Shown piece by piece: positions 12,981-27,126 of a stretch of DNA of 64,000 nucleotides; positions within the stretch are counted from its first letter, which is position 1; the number at the start of each line of letters is the position of its first letter. The notes below the pieces were generated by a model. That model worked only from the letters and a program-made list of their open reading frames with translations. It ran no database searches and was not told where the DNA came from. The translations under genes were made by a program, and so were the position numbers. The stretch comes from the human T2T-CHM13v2.0 reference genome, Homo sapiens: assembly GCF_009914755.1 (NCBI RefSeq), contig NC_060936.1, one strand, 5' to 3'.

Positions 12981-13860
12981 TGTGATAAATTGATGATGGC
13001 CACAGATTTTTCACACATATTCTTTTAAGAGGTAGCATCTCTGTTCCCACCCCCCTTGAATCTGCATTGGATCTGTGGATGTTTAACCAGTGGAGTATAG
13101 CAGGAGTGATACTATGCCAGTTCCATCCTTTAGAACAGGGGTCCCCAATCCCCGGGGCCACAAACTGACCGGTACTGGTCCATGGCCTGTTAGGAACTGG
13201 ACCACACAACAGGAGGTGCGTGGTGGGTGAGCAAGCATTACCGCCTGAGCTCTGCCTCTTGTCAGATCAGTGATGGCATTAGATTCTCATAGGAGCGTGA
13301 ACCCTATTGTGAACTGCACATGTGAGGGATCTAGGTTGCGTGTTATTTATGAGAATCTAATGCCTGATGATCTGAAGTGGAACAGTTTCATCCTGAAACC
13401 ATCCCTGCCACCACCACCCCTACCCTTGGTCCATGGAAATATTGTCTTCCGTGAAACCAGTCCCTGGTGCCAAAAAGGTTGGGGACCACTGCTTTAGAAG
13501 ACAGGCAGCCTCAGCCTTGGTCCGCCTTATCCCTTGAAGCCCTGAATCACACCATAAGAAGTCTACGGAGGCGTCCTGAGAGTACCCAGTAAGGGAAAGG
13601 CACTCAGCTGAGCCCAGTCTTCCAGCTGCCCTGCCAAGCAGCAGGCATACAACTAAAGCCTTCCTGAACCCTCCCGTCCATCCCACCTCCAAGCTGGCTA
13701 CCACCAAGTGACCCCAGTCAACACCACATGAAGCAGAATAATCACCCAGCCCAGCTCTGCCCAAGTTCCTGAACAAAAAATCATGAGATAAAATGAAATG
13801 ACTGTTGCTTTAGGCTACTAAGTGTGGGCTAATCTGTCAGGCTGCAATAGACATCCAGAA
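12981..13860 (+). mobile_element. Old MLT1-type (MaLR) solo LTR interrupted by MER1B
   Basis: MLT1-like tgtgata..gatggccaca start and ttgctttaggctactaag..caatagaca end; boundaries approximate. Confidence 0.6.
13136..13491 (+). mobile_element. MER1B-like hAT-Charlie MITE
   Basis: Terminal inverted repeats (TIRs) caggggtccccaa / ttggggaccactg; 8-bp TSD CTTTAGAA at 13128-13135 and 13492-13499. Confidence 0.92.
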
Positions 13861-15796
13861 TAAGAGGCAACATCCAGACGCTCTGACTCAAAATCCTATT
13901 TCCTTCTCTACCATGATAGCTTCACGTTACTTCAATGCAGAGGGGCAGTAAGACTGGTATGAAATACTTGTCTTCATACTTGGGCACCTGAAATACTCAC
14001 TAAGATAGGATGAGAAAATGCCACAAAAGATATATAAAGTACTTTGAGGGTTCAAAGAAAGGAGGCAGCACATTCAGTTGAGGAATTAGAAACATATTCG
14101 TTGAGGGAGTAGCATTTCAGTTGGATTTGGCAGAAGGGTAATCTTCTTCCATTACCATTTTGTTCTTTAATAAAATAATGATAAGTAAGGACAGGGCAAG
14201 AGCCTCCCCAGTCTAACAACTGAAACATAACCACAGTTTATTTAGTTCTTCTAAACCTTTTTCTATGCATTTTGATTTAATTTCAATTACAAAATTAACA
14301 CAGTTCAGGTAAACGAACAAGCTTAAAACATTAAAGTATATTAACTAAACGTTAGGAGTTTCCTTTGACTTCCAACTCAATTCCCACCCTCCTCTCCAAA
14401 AGGAACCTCACTTAACCGTTTGGAATATATTTAATCCCTACTCTTTCCATATAGATAGAACTAGGTTCCTTCCTAAGCAACTGTGACCCTACTTCACATA
14501 TTCCTCTATAATTTGCTTTTTTTTCATTTAGCATCATATCATAGATATCTTTCCAGGACAGTTTCCATACAGCTACTGTAATGGATGCGTAGTATTACAC
14601 AGTAGACATGAATACTAATTTGTTTAGCCATTTCCCCAGTGACAGGCATTTATCTCATTTTATATATAAGTTTTATATCTTGTTTTGGTTCATATTTCTG
14701 TTAACATTCACTTATAAATAGTTTTGATTAATAAGGCTTAAACAGATACAGGAAAAGATATTCTAGGCAAACAAAAAAGTGGAAAGTTCAAGCTATGTTT
14801 AAGGAGGTTTACACGGGCTGGTTTGCTTGGACAAAGGGGTTCTGACGGGCAATAGTGACAATCTTCATGTGCAACAATCTTCTGTTGCCTTGTGCAGCAG
14901 ATCTCCATGAAACTCAGTTGGGGCAAACTGAGATGAGTGCATGGAGATCTGCTACACAAGGCAGTGGAAGACACTGAACAGTGTGAACAGTGACAAAACC
15001 AGAGCTGTGAATTAAGAAGATAATCAAGTGAGTTGTGTAAGAAGACGAAGAGTAAGCCTGCCTTCCGAAACAAGGAGACTGTTGATTCTAGTAGCATATA
15101 CGATTTACTAAGCATCTCCTGTGGGCCTGGCTTTCAATGTACTTTAGTGCTAATCTTAAAATATGTTGCAAAGCCAAGAGAGTTAAGTATCTCAGCCAAG
15201 ATCACACAGATAGTGTAGACAAGCTAATAACCGATGGGGTTTAAAACCCCTGGCAAAGCCCGTGTTCTTGACTGCTTTACTCCACTGTTTGATTTGTAAA
15301 ATGTGAGTTGTCATGGGAAAAGCAGTGTACAACTTACAATATTGCCTCTATTGTCGTAAGGTCTTGACCTTTCTACCAAACCTCTCCTTCACACACATTA
15401 GTCACTGCAATGCACAGAACTCACCTCTCAGGTGTCTCTGGCCTGGAGGGATGGAGACAGAAAGAAGACCACCTCACACTGTCACAGCACACCTCTTATA
15501 GGCCATTCAGTGCAGGTTCTGACCAGGCACCTGACCTGCACTGAGACTATGGAGTTCACCATACCATACCCACGTGTCTTTAAATGGCATGTGTGCGGTA
15601 ATTAGTTTCAGAGTGGGAGGGAAGCTGATGGACTCTGTCCTCCAGATGCCTTTCAATGGCAGATTTGGACCAACCAGGACTATTCCTTTTCTGTCCACTC
15701 CTCTCCGTCTCCACCTCTGCTACCTAACCTAAACATCTTTTAGTAGTTTACAACAATAACTGGTCTATAACCAGTCTCTCCACATTTTCTCTTGCT

Positions 15797-16059
15797 AAGG
15801 GTTGCCAGATCGAACAAATAAAAATACAAGATGTCAAATTAAATGTGAATTTCAGATAAACAATGAATAATCTTTAGCATAATTAGGTCCCATGCAATAT
15901 TTGCAACCTACTTAAAACTTTTTAAAAATACAGTTAAAACAATAAATTTTAAATGTAATTATATCCCATGTGGTATTTGGGACATATACTAACAAAGTAT
16001 GCATTGTTTATCTGAAATTGAAATTTAACTAGGCATCCTGTGTTCTATCTGACATTTCT
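15797..16059. mobile_element. MER53-like palindromic hAT MITE inserted in an L2 fragment
   Basis: agggttgccagat...tttcagataaacaat arm and inverted attgtttatctgaaat...atctgacatttcta arm; flanking duplication ctcttgc. Confidence 0.7.
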
Positions 16060-16596
16060 ACTCTTGCCCACCTCCAATTCAGTCTCTACACTGGAGCCCA
16101 AGTGAGGTTTCTGAAGCAAAAATCTAATCTTCTTGCCTCCTCATTAAAAAGCCTTCAACAGTCACCCACTGCTCTTAGGAAAAAGACCAAAACTCTTAAC
16201 ACATCCCATGGAACCTGTAGAAGTCTCCATATTGACCTTTCCGTGTAGTTCCTGCTGACTGCACCCAGACACTGGCTGAGCTGGGCACATCTCGCCCCTA
16301 TGGCTCCCACCTCACCACCCCCTACCCGCTGGCTCACCAAGCTCTGTTCACACTGAGGTCTCGTGTTATTGTCACTTCCTGGGAAAAAGCCTTTTTTGGC
16401 TTCCAAACAATGGCAAGTCCCACCTTCACTGTATTTCATAAGCCCTAATTCCTTTTTTTATAACACTTATCACAGTTGTAATTTTATACTTATTTGAGTG
16501 ATTGATGAATGTCCAGCCATCCCTACCAAACCATAATCCCATGAGGACAGGATACTGTCCAAAATGTTCCCTATTGTTTTATGAATGAATGAATGA
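16060..16596 (+). mobile_element. L2 3' fragment
   Basis: L2-like text ending in gaatgaatgaatga. Confidence 0.6.
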
Positions 16597-16788
16597 GAAA
16601 TCTCTGGAGAACCAGCATTGATGACAGCAGTTGCTGTCACTGGAGGAGCCCAGACTGGGATCCAAACAGTCATAAGACAACTGGTCTGGTTTTGGTAGAA
16701 ATAAACCAGGCTAGAGGTGAGCCAAAAGCCTAAGGCCTCTGATAGGCCAAAAGCCTCCCCCTCCTGCCCCTACCAAGTGCAAAGGCAC

Positions 16789-16863
16789 CCAGGAGTGCAG
16801 CATCCACGGGGCCAGGAGTGCAGCAACCACGGGGCCAGGAGTGCAGCACCCACGGGGCCAGGA
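16789..16863. repeat. 23-bp GC-rich minisatellite, ~3.2 copies
   Basis: Unit ccaggagtgcagca(t/a/c)ccacgggg. Confidence 0.92.
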
Positions 16864-16892
16864 ATGCCTGCATTTAGTTGATGCAGATTTCT

Positions 16893-17664
<772 letters not shown>

Positions 17665-18574
17665 TAACCCATCAATTGTTTCAGGGTCTGGCTCTGGCAG
17701 ACGTTCAGCTGAGAACCTCCAGGCAGTTCCTGAGCCTCACCTTGGCAATAGATCTGCTAGGGCTCACCTAGAGAAACGGGCTAAAGGGAGTGGGCTCCCA
17801 CGCTGTTTTTACTGGGACCAGGAGTGGGACTGGGGTAAGTTTCAACTGTTTCTTGATGGAGGATGCTCCATATCACTGAAAGGAATATTGTTGGCTGCCT
17901 TCAAGAGTGTGGAAGGCCAGAGTCCCACCAGAAACCTCATGGTAACATCAACTGCATAGCCCTGAACAAGACCCTACACAAACATCCCCAGGCTGAAACA
18001 CCACAGCAGACTTGTGTTGGAAGAAATTTCCAGACTTCAGGGACTCTGTCGGGGGATGGAGCAGGTTCATATCCACAATAAAACACACATAGGTCTCCCC
18101 CGTAGTACACACCATACACACTGGTCTTGAGGCGAGGGACCTGCTTCCTGTCTCCGAGCTGTTGTGTGTGTTACCTGTTCCTGAGACTTCTTCCCTCCTC
18201 TCCCGCCTGGATGACTCCTGCCTCTCCTTCACCGCAAGGCTCATGTGCCAACCCTCCCAGGAGCCCTTCCTTGCCCTCTCACTTCCTTCCATGCTTCCTT
18301 GGTACCCTGTGGATGAATACCCGCCTCATAAAATACATTGTGGTTTGCTTTCCTTGACTTAAGCATCTGTCTCAAATTCTCAGTTGATTTGTCTGTCTGC
18401 CCAACAAACCATGGACTTACGGAGAGCAGGGACCCTGCCTGTGTGCTGGCACACAGTGGGGACAGGAGGCTGCCTCTTTGCTGACACCAATGAGATGTGC
18501 AGCTTTGAGCAAGTCATACCCTTCTCCCAGCTTCTTCATCTCCGAAGGGAAAACAAGGGAAACTCTACTTCCTA

Positions 18575-19110
18575 CCATGATGGAGTAACAGGGACCCATT
18601 TACTCTCCTGCCTAAAACAACCAAAACACCCAAACAAAATACATGAAATAATGATTTTCAAGATACTGGACATCAGGCAATGAAAGGCAGTGATCCCTGA
18701 GAGATGGGAGACAGACAAGGGGAGCCCTGTGAGTCCAGCTCGCTGCCTTGGGAGAGGAGGGGAGAGAGGTGGAGCCCAAGAAACTCCCTGAGTTGAGAAG
18801 ACTGAGCTCTAAGTCTGGGGAGAGCAAGACAACTAGAGTTCACAGGACAGAGCACCCCAGAGAGCTACAGAAGGTCCCCTGTGAGTATTTAGCCCATGAG
18901 TGTGAGGAAAGTACCCAAGACTGGAGAGAGAACTGTCTGAAAGGGAACAGCACTTATGCCCACCAGCTGTACAGGAAAATTCCCTGATTCACAGGGCACT
19001 GGGTAGTGTGCTCAGATGACTCGGCAATGGAGGATAATCTGCCTTAGACTGAGCGCTACTCCAGACTCACCTAACAAATTATAAAAGAGAGAACTGGACT
19101 AAATACTTTA
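18575..19110 (+). mobile_element. Old L1M 5'-region fragment
   Basis: Resembles L1M 5' UTR text (gatggagtaacagggacc...gacatcaggcaatgaaaggcagtgatccctgagag); boundaries approximate. Confidence 0.5.
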
Positions 19111-21455
19111 AAAAGTATTGTCCAAGGCTACCACTCCATGGCTCTGAACATTTAATGAAAAAGAAACATTCATTCATGGCACAAGCATCTCTGGGTACCT
19201 CCTAGATGTCCAGTCCTGAGCTTGGTGGTTGATTGTGGTAAGCCCTGGAGAAACACAAGGATGATAACAAACCCTTCCATGTATGGAATGTTTTGCAGTG
19301 TACCCAGCACTTCCCTGAGCATCATTTCATCCACGGTCCATACAAACTCTGTCAGGTGTGCCTGCCAGGTAGGATTAGCATCTCTACCTTATAGATGAGA
19401 ACACTGAGACTCAGAGGGGCTGGGAATGGCCACAGTCAGTGGTAAAATCATGCCAGGAGCCCAGGCTTCCTGCCTTCCCCTTCTGGAGCCCTTTACTTCA
19501 ACCTAACATCCTTTGATCCTTGGCTGGGCTCCATGGACTGCCCCTGAGAAGAAAGTAGGCTGTAGTGCCCCTTTCCACCCTGGCCAAACCCAGCAGCCCA
19601 GGCTCTCCTCTTTACTTCGGCAGGATTCAGGAAAGACACCCCAATCCTCTTTATTATTATTAATACAATCAGCAGTGGCATCATTATTACTGTCATTCTT
19701 GGATATCAGAGAATTATGAACAACCTCAGAAATGGCGAGACACATGTTAGCCAGCTGTTCCCCATTATGCCCTCCCTGGGTACATGATACGCCTTTCATG
19801 TGCTTAAAATCATAAATAATTTTTAAAATATGTTGCTGTTATTTTTTATTCCAGGGCTCAAATGTGGTTCTCATAAAAGCTCACTTGGGCCTCACTGTTA
19901 CAGTCTAAGGGGTTTACTGTCTTTTCTTACTTCTTTTTTCCTTCTTGTCTCCCTCAGCCTCTCCTCTGCAGAGGGGCACAGCAGTGTGGTCTGAGGGCTG
20001 ATTTGTTTCCTTTTTATATTAAAATCATGTGCTTTCCTGGGGTGCGGGGAATGAAGCTGCATATATTGGACAGTATACAAGGCACTGTCCCCATTTTACA
20101 GATTAAAAAACACTGAGGCACAGAAAGTTTTACTAACATGCCCAAGGTGCACAAACATTGGGAGATCCAATGACCCCGAAGATCAAGGAAAAGGTCTAAC
20201 AGTATAAGATAAAAACAACATAATCTTAATGACCCATGAGTCACTAATATCTGCAGAGGCCTAAGAGTGTCTCTCCCAGCAACAGGCAGGAAAGGTCACC
20301 CAGGAGGAATGCAGACCAGACCTAAGAACAGAACGTGTGCTGCAGCTGGGAGCACACGTGTTGACAGAAATTAACACCCATCGTCCGCCTCTTTTTATTT
20401 ATTGATGCTTTCCTCTGCTCCTCCTCCAGTCGCTGGATCATCGAAGTTCCATAGTTATTACTTATGGTATCTCACTCATCTTGAGAGGTAGGGCTGGGCT
20501 GAAGACGATCATTATACCTTTCTACTCACCCTAAAGGCTCAGACACACAGAGAAGCCGAACAATAGGAAAGGGGTGCAAGTCACCAGCTGGGCAAGGATG
20601 GAAGATTCTGGAGCTGAAGAAGGGAGGAGCAAGAGAAGCCAAAAATGCCATGGAGTTCACCCACTGCTCTCCCCGCCAGGTGGTGCCTGCGAGAGGCACA
20701 CAGGCACACGCTGAGCCAGGACCTGAGGGGTTCCATGCTGCTGAAATCTGTCCCTGCTCGCTTGCTGCACATTCACGCATGCAAGAGAGCATTAAGCCTT
20801 TCAGCGATCAAAAGGGAAACAGCGCCAGGAGCAGCCAAGGTCAGCTACAACCTGGAGCCAAAGGAAGACTTTCTCTGTGCACACCAAGAACAGCGAGAAC
20901 AGGGGCTGCCCATTCCCCTCCACCCCACCTGTGTCCACAGGTAAGTTTCCCCTCAGCAACAACACTGAGTGTAGACAGACAGTGATACACTTACACAATG
21001 CACATTCTCTAGTGTCTAGTTCTGTATTTTTTTATGGTTTTTGATTCTGTTGTTAGTAGGTCCTCTACACATGAATGAATGTTTGCTGACTTATAAAAGT
21101 TGGGATTAAAACCAAACTTTTAAAATTACATGGCTGACAAGGCCTCTTAGGCGCCATGCCTGCTGCCTCCCTCGGCAGCCTCAGCCCCTGCCCCTCTCTC
21201 TGAGCTGCTCCCACCCTGGCTCCCCTTGGTTCCACACGCAGTCCAGGGTTTTCTTACCTTGGGGCCTGTGGGCATGTCCTTCCCTCTTCTGGAAGGTTCT
21301 CACCTGATCTTCCCACCCACAGACTCCTACCCAGTGCTCACATTTCAGCTTAAATGGCGTCTTCTCTTCCTCTCCCCCACTTTCATCTAAATGATTCTCC
21401 TCTGGTTGGCTCTCTTGTCATACCCCAGTCTTTTTCTTCTGTTGGTGCCTCCTAA

Positions 21456-21777
<322 letters not shown>

Positions 21778-22801
21778 TTGCCTCCCAATTTATAACTAGC
21801 CATACAACATCTGAATCCTCCCCACACCAGTGGGGCCAGGGAACAGTTATTAGCACCACTATATCACCAGCCCTCAGCAAAGTACCTGGTGTATGGTAAT
21901 ACTCAATAAATATTCATTGGATGGTCGGAGGGGTGGATGGAAAACGTAACTTTCCACAGGATCTCTTACACACAGTCTGTCCCCATTAACTGAAGGAGTC
22001 CTTTAGCAAAGGACGCAGATCAGGGCAGCTATAATGCTACATGTGCCACCATGATGCCCTGCCCTTTTCTCGCAGGCAGCCCTCAGGGAGCACAGGATTC
22101 CTGCCTATTGCCCTTGGATGGAGCCTCCGAATCCATCTCAGCATCACCCTCCAGCACGCCACCACCACTGGGTGAGATCTGGTGTGCATGACTCACTCTT
22201 TCGTTCGCTACCAGCATTTATTTAGTGCCTGCTGTACACCAGGCACTGTTGTGGGTGCTGCTGATAAAACGGTTTAGATTAACTTGCTATTGTAACACAT
22301 TTTCATATTTTTAACGTCACTGTTTCTGGGCCCTGAGTCACACTTGTCCACTGAAAGGCCTCCACGTAGTCAACCGGGCCTGGGGTCTTCCCAGGCTCAT
22401 ACGCACATCCGCCACACGGCCGTGACCATCTCAAGTTCCTCACAGGAACTGCAGCACTTAGGTACCACCAATTATTTTTTCTTATTTTTGACAGTGAGAA
22501 GCATCACAGAAAACAAAATGAATAAAAAGCATTCTGCACTCTTTCCAGTCTATTTAAACAGCAATCAAAGCAATCAAAGAGCATGCACTGAAAAGCCCAT
22601 AAAGGTATTAAATATAAACCCTACCCTCCCAGCTGTCCCTCTATTGAAAACAAATGTTAGAGAACAGGTAATGACAGCAAGAGAAAGACCCCACCTATAG
22701 CCAACCAACCCTATGTAAACGGCATCAGTTCTAGCTCATTTAAAAAGTTACTGACAATAATAATAACAAGAATCTGTCCAGAAAGTCATGTTGAAGACTG
22801 A

Positions 22802-23309
<508 letters not shown>

Positions 23310-24435
23310 TCATAGGGCCAGTGTACAGCTGTGAGCTGAAACATCTCTTATCATCCTGAGCGACTCTGCTAGGGATCACAACCCAAACAAGATGCTGGGC
23401 AGAGGAAGCATCAATGGGTTAATCAACCTGGTGTTTATTGAGCAAATATTGTTTGAGGAACACCATACTAGAGTTTGCAGGGAACACGTAAGAGATATAA
23501 ACCATAGTACTTGCTCTCAGGGGGCTTATGATATATTTGGAAACACAAGAGTTAGGACCTGAAGCAGCTGAAGAAAAACTAACAGGTAAGATAAATACTG
23601 ACTGTTGACTAAGAGTCCGGAAAAGGTAATATCAGCTCGGGCTGAAGGAATAAAGAAAGGTCTATGAAGGAGGTGAGATTTAGGCTGGGCAGCAAAGGAT
23701 GAGTAGTATATGTTTATTCAGACAGGAATGGGCAGAATATTCTAGGACTAAGGACAAATACTTAAAGCATTTGGAAAGGCTCCAGCCCATGGAGGAAAGA
23801 GTAAAGTACTCTGCTTGGACGAGAATCTAAATCAGGGAGCTCCATCTAGGCTACACAGAGAGGTGTGGTTTGGAGAAGAGCAGTCCAGCATGGGTAAACC
23901 CAGAGAAAGCCCGGTGACCTTACCAGGCTTGGGGACACAGGGCAGTTTCAGAATAGGCACCACAGGCAAAGTGTACTACTGTATTTAGAGCAAAGCTTGA
24001 AGAGGTGACAGACGTACGACACTTTTACTCTTAGATATCTGTGAACAATCAGAAAGTAACTGACCCCAAAAGGTAACTGTCCTAAGGCCCCTCAGCCAAC
24101 ATCAATAACAGAGGAAAAAATACATTCACAAATTGTCATTTGCTTTACATGTAGACCACAGCATTTTAAAGCTATGGTAGATAATTCAGGAGCTAATCTT
24201 CTTACTGTACGGGTGAGAAAGCTGTCATCCAGGAATGTGGAATAACTCACTGAGCAAGACAATATCATTTTTAAAAATGACCATTGAAATCTGTTGCCTC
24301 TCCCAGACCAGGATTCTTTAATCTAGGATGGAATTCCCCAGAGTATGTTCTGCAGAACATTGGTTCCTCAGGATATTCATAGGTGTTCAAGTGTTCAGCA
24401 GAAAAAGGCCTGAAAAAAATTGAACCAGTTTTTGT

Positions 24436-24482
24436 GTGTTTGTTTGTTTGTTTGTTTGTTTGTTTGTTTGTTTGTTTGTTTT
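24436..24482. repeat. (TTTG)n microsatellite
   Basis: Read directly. Confidence 0.95.
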
Positions 24483-24581
24483 TACTACAAGGCTTCTCAA
24501 AACTTTGACTGTCCTGGTAAATTGTAATCATTAGTGTTTTCTGAATTTGTTCAACCATGAAATTTTTTTTTTTTTTTTTTA

Positions 24582-24892
<311 letters not shown>

Positions 24893-24893
24893 T

Positions 24894-25192
<299 letters not shown>

Positions 25193-25309
25193 TCCAAAAG
25201 AAGAACAAAGACTTTCATTCTAAAAAATATACTTTGAGAAATGCCATTCTAGACCACACTATCCACTACCTCAAGTCCAGTTATGGATTTTTCAGTAAAG
25301 TGAGAGAGC

Positions 25310-25535
25310 AGGAGCATGGCTTTGGAGTCAGACAGACATGATTTTGAGTCCCTGACTATCTCCTTCAAGCTGTGTGCCCTTGGATAAGTTTATTAACCTC
25401 TCTGAGTTTCAATTTTCTCATCTATAAAATGAAGCTAACGGTCATATCTACCTCATGTCGTTGTTGTGAAGGTGAAAACAAATCACGTACATAAGGCTCT
25501 TACGAAATGGTCTAGCACATGGGATGCAGTATTAA
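25310..25535 (+). mobile_element. MIR
   Basis: Core ttaacctctctgagtttcaattttctcatctataaaatg. Confidence 0.75.
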
Positions 25536-26120
25536 CTATATTTAAAACTCAATTAATTTATTTATCAACTTATACTTATAAGACTTTTGATCTCAAGATA
25601 ATTTGTTTTGAGTGGCATAATTCAAAGCGGTTTTATGAATCTTTTTCCTCAAAGTCAAATGTAAGAATTATGAAATATGGACAAGCTTTAAAAGATGCTA
25701 ATATCCTTCTTTGCAGACACCTCTTACTGAGGCAGAAGCTGTTACTTAAGCCAATTACTGTATTTGGATATAGAAGTATAAATAGGAAAATAATTCTTGA
25801 GTGGAGTAAGCTCTTCTTGACATGAGCCACATTGGGTCTCCTTCCACCATTCATAACAACGTGAGCCTCTACTTCTATTTCATCAAACAGGAATGGAACA
25901 TGAAAAAGTCATCATAGACATGCCAAGGTCACGTAGGAAGATCCATGCACCAAGTCTCTTCCATAAAACTCCCAAACCCAATGACAACAAATAAACAAGA
26001 CTACTCCAAGTTATCTTAGAATCTGCAAAGTGGATTCTTGGAATACAGAGAAAGCCAACAAGCCTACCAGAGACCTAGGTCTTCAATTGTCTGCTTACTG
26101 CTTCCTGCCCAGAAGAAGAG

Positions 26121-26553
26121 TGTATTAGTTTCATAGTGCTGCCATAACAAATTATCACAACATAAATTTATTCTGTCACAGTTGTGAAGGTCACAAGCCT
26201 GAAATCAAGGTATCAGTGGGGCTGCACTCCCTCTGAAGGCTGTAAGGGAAAAATTATTTCTTGACTCTTCCAGCTTTGGATGGCCCCAGGTGTTCTTCAC
26301 TTTGAGCCTGCATAACTCCAGTCTCTGCCTTCTTCACATAATCTTCTCCCCTCTCAAATCTCCTTCTGCCTTTCTCTTATAGGGATACCTGTCATTGGAT
26401 TTAAGTTCTATTCTAAATCCAGGATGATCTCATCCTGAGATCCTTAACTAATTATATCTGCAAAGATCTTTTTTCCAAATAAGATTATATTTACAGGTTC
26501 CAGGGCTAGGACTTGGACATATCTTTTTGAATGCCACTATTCATTCCCTAACA
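26121..26553 (-). mobile_element. MLT1 (B/C-like) solo LTR
   Basis: tgtattagtttc...taaca ends; 5-bp TSD AAGAG. Confidence 0.85.
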
Positions 26554-26585
26554 AAGAGGATTATTGACTTGGAAAGTACAAGCCT

Positions 26586-27048
26586 TGTGATGGTTCATTT
26601 TATGTGTCAACTTGACTGGACCATTGGGTGCCCAGATATTTGGTCAAACATTCTGGGTGTATCTATGAGAGTGTTTTGGGATGAAATGAGCATTTGAGTC
26701 AGTAGGCTGAGTAGAGCAGATTACCCTCCCTAATGTGGTGGGCCTCATCCAATCAGTTGAAGGCCGGAATAGAACAAAAAGGCTGACCTTCCCACAGGTA
26801 AGGGGAAACTCTTTCTGCCTGACTGCATGAGCTGGGACATCAGTCTTTTCCTGCCTTCAAACTTGAACTGAAACATCAGTTCTTGGGTCTTGAGGCTGCT
26901 GGAGCTTCTTCATTGGCTTTCCTAGTTCTCAGGTCTTTGGACATAGACTGGAACTACACCATCAGCTCTCCTGGGTCTCCATCGCATGAACTGCAGATCT
27001 TGAGACTTCCCAGCCACCATAATTGTATTAATCAATTCCTCATAACAC

Positions 27049-27092
<44 letters not shown>

Positions 27093-27126
27093 TGTTGGTT
27101 CTGTTTCTCTGGAGAACCCTAATACA
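26586..27126 (+). mobile_element. MLT2 (C/D-like) solo LTR containing (TG)n at 27052-27090
   Basis: tgtgatggtt.attttatgtgtcaacttgactgg...ggagaaccctaataca; 5-bp TSD AGCCT. Confidence 0.9.
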
